A stretch of DNA of 64,000 nt from a virus, in IMG/VR virus record IMGVR_UViG_3300033388_005265, positions 1 to 64,000 of that record; one strand, 5' to 3'. The notes under the pieces were generated by a model, which was given only the letters and a program-made list of their open reading frames with translations, did no database searches and had not been told where the DNA came from. Position 1 is the stretch's first letter. Every line of letters begins with the position of its first letter. Of this stretch, positions 9,442 through 17,208 are shown in pieces. Both the position numbers and the translations under genes were made by a program.

Positions 9442-10247
9442 TAATAGTCCTCCTCTGCTATATTACTACATTGTTTTTTATGATCACAGTTTGCACACAT
9501 ACAAGTCTTTGACGAGTAGTATACCTTGCTGTCTATGCCTGCTACAATAAACTTTATCGTAGTGTCAACCTTCTTAAACATGGCGTCTGGTACGTCTATA
9601 GTGACTCCGCTTGATATGTCTGACGCATCATAAAATGTGGCCTTAGTGCTGTAGTTGTACGGAGTCTCTTGCTTTATTGATGCCATCTTTATCAGTGATC
9701 CCATTGAATGTATCGCTGCACTCTTCAATGTCGGGAAATCTTTTTTGTCTATGAAGTCAACAAGATATACATCCTTGTTATCATGGTCAACAAGAACTAT
9801 CCCAAGCTCAACAGGAATCCCTATCTTCTCACAGTTCATAAGATAGTCATGTGGAGCCTTTATTGCTGACACAGTACTCTTAGTCATAGAGTATGTAGAC
9901 CTAAAGTGTTGATGTAGTATGTCGATCCCTTTCTCTGAGTACTCTAGTGAGAGCTTAGCATCATCTTCCGGAAAGTTTTTCCAGAACACCTTGTCCCAGA
10001 ATGACTTAATAGAATGGAACTCAGCTTTATGTCCAGTAGTAAGCTCTATAGCATACATGTGTATGACTGCTTCTCTTATGCATCTGTTGAATATGTCTGT
10101 ATGGCTCTCGTCTTTAGCTTCTATGTCTTTGTTAAGCTGGTAATACCTGGGACACTTAGAGTATGATTCAACCTCTTCTATTGTTACTTGCTTTCTTCTA
10201 TAATCTTTCACTATTTTTCTCCCGTATCTGCTTAACGTGTATATCAA
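9441..10247 (-). CDS. Cas4/AddB-like Fe-S nuclease-fold protein, catalytic motifs apparently degenerate
   Basis: SKCPRYY plus C-terminal CANCDHKKQC; expected G-x-I-D and D/E-x-K motifs replaced (GIVLVD, VDFID). Confidence 0.55.
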   Translation of the reverse strand: MIYTLSRYGRKIVKDYRRKQVTIEEVESYSKCPRYYQLNKDIEAKDESHTDIFNRCIREAVIHMYAIELTTGHKAEFHSIKSFWDKVFWKNFPEDDAKLSLEYSEKGIDILHQHFRSTYSMTKSTVSAIKAPHDYLMNCEKIGIPVELGIVLVDHDNKDVYLVDFIDKKDFPTLKSAAIHSMGSLIKMASIKQETPYNYSTKATFYDASDISSGVTIDVPDAMFKKVDTTIKFIVAGIDSKVYYSSKTCMCANCDHKKQCSNIAEEDY

Positions 10248-10455
10248 CCTCTTCGTATATAATATGATTTGTATGCTTTGTTATCTCTGTGTCCATTATG
10301 CTGAATAGTGCTTTTTTGCAGTTCATAATATACTCTCTGCTTAGGTAGCTGTCAGCACGAAATGATGCACATACTTTTCCACTATACATTTCGTTTAGTC
10401 TGCCACCATCTTCTCGTTCTATTGTTATCTTATATTTTACTGCCTCTCTGCTCAT
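10198..10455 (-). CDS. hypothetical protein
   Basis: Operon-packed ORF. Confidence 0.5.
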   Translation of the reverse strand: MSREAVKYKITIEREDGGRLNEMYSGKVCASFRADSYLSREYIMNCKKALFSIMDTEITKHTNHIIYEEVDIHVKQIREKNSERL

Positions 10456-10458
10456 AGT

Positions 10459-11220
10459 CTACCCCTTACATTTATGTCTAGCTAAACTCTTGAAAAGGTT
10501 ACCGCACGTTTTACATTTAGTCCTTCGCTTACGCTTCTTTGCTTCAGGTTTAGCCAGCTCTTTGATAATCTTTTTAATCTTCTTGGGAGCTACTGTTCCT
10601 GTCTTTGCTGGGCTTTTAACAGTCCTGCTCTTTGTGGTCTTGGCTTTATGCTCTGCTTTTTTTCTAGTCTTTTTAACCTCTTTCGGTTCAGCTCGTTTGG
10701 TTTCCTTCTTTTGCTTTTTTGGTTCTGCTTTGACATCAGATTTTTTCCTCCGAGTACGTTTTGGTTTCTCTACTAGGTGAGGGAAGTCCTCCTTGAACTG
10801 CTCTTTGCAATAGGTGGCATCATCAAGCATAACTGTATGCTTGAGCTCTCCTCTTATCTTAGATTTCTCAAGCTTTTTCATGTCTACTGCTGCCTTCTTG
10901 GACTTCTCTCCCATCACTTCAGTGTGAGCCTTTGAAACATAGAAGATCTTTATTGGCTTCTCTCTTTCAAAGTTTGGTCTGCCTGGGCATGGTATGAATC
11001 CTAGTTCTACAGATTGAACCTTATATAGATCATCATCTACGTCAAGTATTGTCCCTTCGACTATGTGCCTCACCTTAGATGAAGAGTCTATCTTAAAGAT
11101 TAGCTCACTACAATCCTTATAGTATCCTATTCCGTCTACAAAAAAACCTAGCCTTACTTCTCCTAGCATCTTAGTCCTCCTTCTTAGAGTATCCGTCTTT
11201 TTCCCAGCCACCACCCTCAA
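10459..11220 (-). CDS. protein with Lys-rich low-complexity tail and terminal C2HC zinc knuckle
   Basis: K/A/P/T-rich C-terminal half; ends CKTCGNLFKSLARHKCKG. Confidence 0.6.
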   Translation of the reverse strand: MRVVAGKKTDTLRRRTKMLGEVRLGFFVDGIGYYKDCSELIFKIDSSSKVRHIVEGTILDVDDDLYKVQSVELGFIPCPGRPNFEREKPIKIFYVSKAHTEVMGEKSKKAAVDMKKLEKSKIRGELKHTVMLDDATYCKEQFKEDFPHLVEKPKRTRRKKSDVKAEPKKQKKETKRAEPKEVKKTRKKAEHKAKTTKSRTVKSPAKTGTVAPKKIKKIIKELAKPEAKKRKRRTKCKTCGNLFKSLARHKCKG

Positions 11221-11383
11221 GGCGGAAGCTGGTACTGCTCATTATCTTGTTGAACGTATTGTTCTTACACTTAGGACATGGCTCAACAATTGTGGTAAAT
11301 TCTTCTTCGTTTGCACTGTTGAGTTGTACTATTTTCTCAGTAACGAAGCTACACTTAGTGCATTGGTATTCATATATAGGCAT
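11171..11383 (-). CDS. FmdB-family zinc ribbon protein
   Basis: MPIYEYQCTKC...CPKC...GGGWEKDGY. Confidence 0.85.
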   Translation of the reverse strand: MPIYEYQCTKCSFVTEKIVQLNSANEEEFTTIVEPCPKCKNNTFNKIMSSTSFRLEGGGWEKDGYSKKED

Positions 11384-13857
11384 TATGGTCTCCTCCTTCC
11401 TACAGTTTTACTACCAGGACTAGCTCCCCTTCCATTCTGTATATGCTGTGTAGATATTGCTTCAGCACTCTTAAGATCATCTTCTGCTGTGCTTCTCTCA
11501 CAACAACGATACATTGAACTAGCAGGAAAGAAGTCAAAGTATAACTTGTCCTTGTATGAGGTTATCTTGTTCTTACCTATTGCCATTTCTATCCTTGGTA
11601 GTCTCTGCTCTTCTCCTCTTAGGTATGCTCTGTGATATAACTTTGCTTGAGCGCCATAAGCATGCTGGTCATTGTAAAGATGAGCCATGAAGTTACAGTC
11701 ATACTCTATTGATACAGACTCTGCAACATTATTATTTGTTGGCCTTTTAGTTTGCTCAAGCTTTGTGTACTCGACTGTAGCTATAACAGGGATATGATAC
11801 TTAACTGCTATATTGTTCTTAACATAGTGAGAGAACTGTTTAATTTTTAACCTTTCATCTTTCTCACTCATTCCTGCTGCCTCGTTTAGCTTGTGGAAGT
11901 TGTCAAGGAAATATACTATCTGTCTATCAGGGAACTGATCCTGGTAATACTTAACTAAGCTCTCTCCATAGGCTAACGAGTTACCTGCTGATGAATCTTT
12001 TACTATGAGCTTTCCTTCTTGTGCAAGGTTCATTACCTTTTTATAGCCGCGCTCCCTTATTTTTAGCTCATCAGTCCCATTAAAGTATACAGGATTCATT
12101 ACGTGATTCATTTCAAGAGTTGGATCTTCTCCGGCTATACATATAAGCCTAGGTAGAAACTGATTTATACTGTCATCAATAGTATGAAAGATAACACATA
12201 CATCTTTGTTGTATGCAGCTATATTATACGCTAGGTTAGCCATGATTGCTGTCTTACCAGTGTTAGGACTTCCACCTATACATAGGAAAACATCTTGTCT
12301 CCATGGTCCTTTCATAACACTTTCAAACAGTGGCATTCCTGGTAGTAGGAAGCCAGGGTCATCATCACTTTCAGTTTCTTCTTTTTCTTTTGTTGCACGG
12401 ATTGAGTCTATCCAGTTTACTTGGCTAAAATTATCTAGATTGTAGACTCTGCTTACATTGTCAATCTGATTAAGAGCCATGCTAATAATATGTTGAGTGC
12501 TCTCAGGACTTCTTCTTAGCTCCTTGTTCATCTTGTCTACAATAAGAGTTCTTTCCTGCTCCATCTCAGCGTCTTGAACATTGTCAAGCCTGTTGAGCTC
12601 ATTCCATATGGACTTAGCGCTTACGCCTGTGTGCATACTAAGAGTGTTAACCATGATTTCTTTAGCGCAGTGATTAGCCTCATTAACTATGAATGGAATC
12701 ATCTTGTCACAGATATCTTGTGGATCTTCAATTAGATCATCATACCTTTCAAGTCTCCATGTGAAAGCGTCATACTTGGTAAGTGCGTAGAACTCTGATG
12801 ATCCATTCGCCCTTATGAAGTCGTCAGGGTCTTGTCCCTCTGGAAAGTTTAGCAGTCTTACCTTCATGTCTCTGTGTCCAGATAGCTTTTCGTCAAGTAG
12901 CTTCTGTGTCTTGTCTTGTCCTGCTTTATCTGAGTCCAGAGCTAATATGATATCGTACTGCTTGCTGTCTTTCAGTGTGAACACGTGGTCAGTAGTGAAT
13001 GCAGTACCACCTATACAGCATGCATTCTTTACGCCATTGTGGATAGCTGTTATAACATCTGAGTATCCCTCGAATATGTATAGTGGTGGAGAGTGCTTTA
13101 GAGCTCTATGTAGTCCGTAAAGCCTGCTACCCTTCTTATATATATTACACTTGGCGCCGGTAGTTTTTTGATTAACATATTTGGTTCCACTAGTCCTGTC
13201 ACCCTTAACATATGTAAGGTTCCTTGCAGCAAAACCACATGGCCTACCATGCTCATCACATACAGTGAATACCATATGCTCATTGTTGAAGATGTCTTTT
13301 CTAGCTAGGTCTATTTCTCCTAAGAACTTAGCAGTAAACCCAAGAGACTTCATATGCTTGATATAGTCTTGTGAGTTAACAGTACCAACAAGCAGTTCAG
13401 ACAATGTTTTTTCGTCCCATTTTCTCGTCTTCATTTCTTTATCAAAGAGCTTGTAGTTTCCGTTCTCTCTGCTTGATATGTACTCTGATGCTAGCTTGTA
13501 TGCCTTGTATGTTTCTAGCTCATAAAGATCGTCTTCTGATAGTTCGTATTGTGGTAGTTCGATGTCGTATTTGTCTGCCAGGTACTTAACGTTCTCTGTG
13601 ATCCACGCTGGACCAAGTAGTGGCTTATCTTCTAGGTAGTTTGCTGCTGTGAATATGTCTCCTGTTGCTCCGCAACCCAGGCAGTTGAAGTTCTTGTTGT
13701 CACTCTCTGCAAGTATTCCCATTGATGGGTTTCCATCTGGATGCTCAGGATGTATACATGTAAACTGGTAGGTAGTATCTATGTCGTGTTCTTCAAGATA
13801 TTCAGGTAAGTGAGCTTTAATCTTCTCTAGTGCTTCTCTAAACAATTCTTTGTTCAT
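11383..13857 (-). CDS. DNA primase-helicase (CHC2 finger + TOPRIM + DnaB-like SF4 helicase)
   Basis: CIHPEHPDGNPS...CLGC; FEGYSD and LDSDKAG; Walker A GSPNTGKT, Walker B LDNFHKL, SIEYDCN, GKNK. Confidence 0.92.
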   Translation of the reverse strand: MNKELFREALEKIKAHLPEYLEEHDIDTTYQFTCIHPEHPDGNPSMGILAESDNKNFNCLGCGATGDIFTAANYLEDKPLLGPAWITENVKYLADKYDIELPQYELSEDDLYELETYKAYKLASEYISSRENGNYKLFDKEMKTRKWDEKTLSELLVGTVNSQDYIKHMKSLGFTAKFLGEIDLARKDIFNNEHMVFTVCDEHGRPCGFAARNLTYVKGDRTSGTKYVNQKTTGAKCNIYKKGSRLYGLHRALKHSPPLYIFEGYSDVITAIHNGVKNACCIGGTAFTTDHVFTLKDSKQYDIILALDSDKAGQDKTQKLLDEKLSGHRDMKVRLLNFPEGQDPDDFIRANGSSEFYALTKYDAFTWRLERYDDLIEDPQDICDKMIPFIVNEANHCAKEIMVNTLSMHTGVSAKSIWNELNRLDNVQDAEMEQERTLIVDKMNKELRRSPESTQHIISMALNQIDNVSRVYNLDNFSQVNWIDSIRATKEKEETESDDDPGFLLPGMPLFESVMKGPWRQDVFLCIGGSPNTGKTAIMANLAYNIAAYNKDVCVIFHTIDDSINQFLPRLICIAGEDPTLEMNHVMNPVYFNGTDELKIRERGYKKVMNLAQEGKLIVKDSSAGNSLAYGESLVKYYQDQFPDRQIVYFLDNFHKLNEAAGMSEKDERLKIKQFSHYVKNNIAVKYHIPVIATVEYTKLEQTKRPTNNNVAESVSIEYDCNFMAHLYNDQHAYGAQAKLYHRAYLRGEEQRLPRIEMAIGKNKITSYKDKLYFDFFPASSMYRCCERSTAEDDLKSAEAISTQHIQNGRGASPGSKTVGRRRP

Positions 13858-13891
13858 CTTTTCTCCTAATGATTAATTGACTATGGAACAC

Positions 13892-13920
13892 ATTATACGC
13901 CTTCTTTTTTAGAAAGGCAA
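13892..13920 (-). promoter_or_regulatory. sigma70-type promoter upstream of primase-helicase
   Basis: TTGCCT-17 nt-TATAAT; near-identical to 14849..14877 including spacer AAAAAAGAAGG. Confidence 0.7.
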
Positions 13921-13921
13921 G

Positions 13922-13957
13922 AAAAAAAATAGTCCGGCTACTTGGGAGTGGCCGGAC
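13922..13957 (-). terminator. intrinsic terminator
   Basis: GTCCGGCCACT-CCCA-AGTAGCCGGAC stem then TATTTTTTTT on the - strand. Confidence 0.75.
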
Positions 13958-13980
13958 CTGTAACTTATGATGTAGTGTGG

Positions 13981-14367
13981 TTATTCGTCTGTTTTTGTCT
14001 CGGTGTCTTCGGATGGACTGTCTTGTTCTACGTTAATGTCCTGCCCTGTAGTGCTTGCAGTTGCTTCTGCTGCTGCCTTTGCTGTGTCTTCTTCGTATGG
14101 CTTTCTGATATGTTTATCCCAGGCTGCCTTTATGTCGTCTTCACTGATTACGCCTTTCTCTTGTATCGCTCTAAAGAGAGCTACGTTGTTTGCGTTGATG
14201 TGAAATAGTTCCTGAGATATATTTTGTAGGCCTGCTTGCATCCCACCTACGAGACTCTCAAGCATTACGATCCTATCTTCAAGCTGTCTTGCTGTTGGCT
14301 TCTTACCTTGCACTGTTCCTCCTTCTTTATTAGCTTTTGGTTTACTGAATGGTACTACTTCTCCCAT
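13981..14367 (-). CDS. hypothetical protein
   Basis: AGGAGG RBS; N-terminal MGEVVPF; coiled-coil middle. Confidence 0.6.
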   Translation of the reverse strand: MGEVVPFSKPKANKEGGTVQGKKPTARQLEDRIVMLESLVGGMQAGLQNISQELFHINANNVALFRAIQEKGVISEDDIKAAWDKHIRKPYEEDTAKAAAEATASTTGQDINVEQDSPSEDTETKTDE

Positions 14368-14386
14368 TGTTTCCTCCTGTTTCCTG

Positions 14387-14575
14387 TTATTTTTTTCTCA
14401 TCTTATCTGCTACTGGCAATTCACTAACCTTACCTAATTTGCCAAGCCCATATTCGCTCTTCAGTAATCTGTACCCAAGATTTAGCTTTTGGGCATCATC
14501 AGCACTATTAAATGCTTCAGAATCCATCATGGAACGTAAATTTTTTTCGAATTGCACTATCCCAGCTACGCTCAT
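14387..14575 (-). CDS. hypothetical protein
   Basis: AGGAGGAG RBS. Confidence 0.5.
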   Translation of the reverse strand: MSVAGIVQFEKNLRSMMDSEAFNSADDAQKLNLGYRLLKSEYGLGKLGKVSELPVADKMRKK

Positions 14576-14600
14576 TCTTATTGCTCCTCCTGTTTGATTG

Positions 14601-14813
14601 TTACAATTCTTTGACTAGTTTTACTAAACTACTATCATCTAGCACACCTAAGAGTAGAGAGATAGTCTCTTGTTTACTTACTCCAGAGTCTGGTATTAAA
14701 TACTCACTAAGTATCTTTTGAGATGCAACTATTGCCTCTTTTAGCTTGTCTTGTTGTTCGTATAGGTGCGCTTCAACTATCGTTTTTGTTTCTCTATCTT
14801 GCTTATTAATCAT
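14601..14813 (-). CDS. hypothetical protein
   Basis: First ORF after promoter 14849..14877. Confidence 0.5.
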   Translation of the reverse strand: MINKQDRETKTIVEAHLYEQQDKLKEAIVASQKILSEYLIPDSGVSKQETISLLLGVLDDSSLVKLVKEL

Positions 14814-14848
14814 GGCAACCTCGTTTAGTTAAATTTGATTATGAACCC

Positions 14849-14877
14849 ATTATACTCCTTCTTTTTTGTTAAAGCAA
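14849..14877 (-). promoter_or_regulatory. sigma70-type promoter
   Basis: TTGCTT-17 nt-TATAAT. Confidence 0.7.
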
Positions 14878-15017
14878 GAAAAAAATAAGCATGGGCTAGT
14901 AAAATATGTTTTATACTATATCATAAGGGTAATCCTGACTGCGTGAACAGCCAGGAAACAGTGGAGCTATCTACTGCTGTCCCCAGTTAAACTGTATTAT
15001 ACTATAAGGAGCTATTC

Positions 15018-16040
15018 ATGTCAAGTACTACAGATACTAACCCGCCAATCAAGCACAATCCTACACAATGTAAGATTTGTAATAAAGAATACTCAACTTC
15101 GCGTGGCTTAGCATTTCACATTACAAAGATGCATACAATAAAGATGATAGATTACTACGATGCACATGTAAGGCAGGAGCATAATAGCTGCTTGACTTGT
15201 GGTAAATCTACAGGTTTTATTAGTATTACTAGAGGTTATCGCAAGTATTGCTCTGCAATATGTACATCTAGAAATCTAGAAGGCATAGAGAAAAGAAAGA
15301 CTACACGCGCTGCTACATTGATAAACGACCCGACAATCATAGAAGTGGCAACTATAAAGAGATCAACGACATATAAAGATAATCCTAATATAGCTAAACA
15401 AGCAAGAGTAAAACGTAAAGCTACATTGCAAGCAAACCCTGAAATCATGTTAAGCAATATAGAGAAGCGTGCTAAAACTTATAGAAAGAATCCACACATA
15501 ATAGAGAATCGTGAAATAAAACGTAAAGCTACATTAGTTGCTAATCCACACATAATGAAGAGTCTTGTCAATAAGCGCAAACAAACAATGGATGCAGACC
15601 CAAGCATACAAAAAAATGCCACTAAAAAATCATTATATACTCGTAGTTTGCCAGAAGCAAAGGTTGAAATTGGGAAAAATATTAGCATAGCCTTAAGGTC
15701 TTATTACAATCGTGTAAAAGATACTAGTGCTACAACTAGTTGTTGTGTATATATACTTGGTCATTGTTCTTTAGGAATCATAAAAATAGGATTGACATCA
15801 AACTTAAGCAGACGTATTAAAGAAATTCAAAAGCATTTTGGCACACTAAAGATATTAAAAACTGTCGAAACAAGCTACAATCTAGCCGCAGCCCTAGAAA
15901 TAAAGATGCATGATTATTTTAGAGAGCACACAATGGTACAGCCATCTGGCGATGGCCGTACCGAATTTTTTTCTAGTGTGATTACTGATAAAGCTATTGT
16001 AATGCTAGAAGAGTTTGAAGCCTCTATTTCTCAAGAATAA
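15018..16040 (+). CDS. GIY-YIG (T5orf172-like) endonuclease with C2H2 finger and 18-aa tandem repeats
   Basis: CKIC...HITKMH; CLTCG; repeats KR-x-x-T-x-x-x-[ND]P-x-I; VYIL...IKIGLTSNLSRRIKEI...RTEFF. Confidence 0.75.
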   Translation: MSSTTDTNPPIKHNPTQCKICNKEYSTSRGLAFHITKMHTIKMIDYYDAHVRQEHNSCLTCGKSTGFISITRGYRKYCSAICTSRNLEGIEKRKTTRAATLINDPTIIEVATIKRSTTYKDNPNIAKQARVKRKATLQANPEIMLSNIEKRAKTYRKNPHIIENREIKRKATLVANPHIMKSLVNKRKQTMDADPSIQKNATKKSLYTRSLPEAKVEIGKNISIALRSYYNRVKDTSATTSCCVYILGHCSLGIIKIGLTSNLSRRIKEIQKHFGTLKILKTVETSYNLAAALEIKMHDYFREHTMVQPSGDGRTEFFSSVITDKAIVMLEEFEASISQE

Positions 16041-17208
16041 TAGGATAGATAAAAGATGGTAATCTTTTCCTAGTTACACCAAAGAGCAATTGTGTTGGGG
16101 CATTCCCAACAGCCATACGTTCTGAAAGATCATCGCCACCTACAAGCGATCCATTCATAAATAGATACCTATCATTATAGGTGCTTATAGACGGATGATG
16201 CAAATGTCCATAAGTAATAGCTGCAATTGGACTATGTAAGTCTAGCCAGCCGGATATGCGTGATTTAGCAGCTGATGTATCAGCATGAGCTGGAGCCTCG
16301 TGTCTCATAAGTATTCTATGTCCCTTTACCTCGGCTATATTAAATTGAGAGTAACGAGAAGATACAGTAATACGCGAATCACCATGTAATATAGAGCTCC
16401 ATTCAAGCCCATCATGAACTATTGTGTCAAAGTTTGAATCTTCATGACCACCAATAGCTCCGCTTCTACCGTGGTTTCCTCTCACACAAAGCACCCTGAC
16501 CTTATCGATCCCTTCTGTTTCAGCTAGTGTTGTTATCATTCTCCATAGTGCGCGGGTAGTATTTTTTACTTGTAACGCAACATGAGAATCTATATGGTGT
16601 GCATGTGAATGGTAGATAGCTTCGTTGTCAACTAGGTCTCCAAGACATAAAACCACAACCTCGTCAATTTGTGTTCCTTTCCTAGCATGGTCTATCACAC
16701 GCTGTATGCCTTGAGTAAGCTCCTCTATTCTTTTGAGAGCTATTTCAGTGTTATACACATCTATACCTTCATTCTCTACAACCTTTCCTATATGCAAGTC
16801 TGACAGCATGATTACTATGGACTCTTTATCTGAAGACACAGGAGAAGCATCTGCCTCCAAGCCGCCTCCGGCTTTAAGGTCTTCTTTAGCCTCTTTTACC
16901 ATGTCGATCATCATGTCCTTGTAACTTCCATATATATCTCTCTTCTTAGTATCAGGAAAGAGCCCTTCTGATTTCTCCAAGCCACCTCTATCAAAGTCCT
17001 CCTCTCTTTCGCTTTCTTTCTCTATAGCGTCACGACTGTACGCAGGCATTGACCCACTTGACCGTAAGCTCCTCTTCTTAGCCTTGACAGCTTCAATTGT
17101 CCTTGTAAACCCACCTTCCGAAAGTGCGCTTTGTATACGAACTCTTGATCTATCGAAGTTGTCTATAATTATTTCGAGTTCTTCCAAACTCCATCTATCT
17201 GTAGCCAT
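16024..17208 (-). CDS. calcineurin-like metallophosphoesterase
   Basis: SDLHIG, LGDLVD, RGNHG, GHLHH. Confidence 0.85.
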   Translation of the reverse strand: MATDRWSLEELEIIIDNFDRSRVRIQSALSEGGFTRTIEAVKAKKRSLRSSGSMPAYSRDAIEKESEREEDFDRGGLEKSEGLFPDTKKRDIYGSYKDMMIDMVKEAKEDLKAGGGLEADASPVSSDKESIVIMLSDLHIGKVVENEGIDVYNTEIALKRIEELTQGIQRVIDHARKGTQIDEVVVLCLGDLVDNEAIYHSHAHHIDSHVALQVKNTTRALWRMITTLAETEGIDKVRVLCVRGNHGRSGAIGGHEDSNFDTIVHDGLEWSSILHGDSRITVSSRYSQFNIAEVKGHRILMRHEAPAHADTSAAKSRISGWLDLHSPIAAITYGHLHHPSISTYNDRYLFMNGSLVGGDDLSERMAVGNAPTQLLFGVTRKRLPSFIYPIILEK

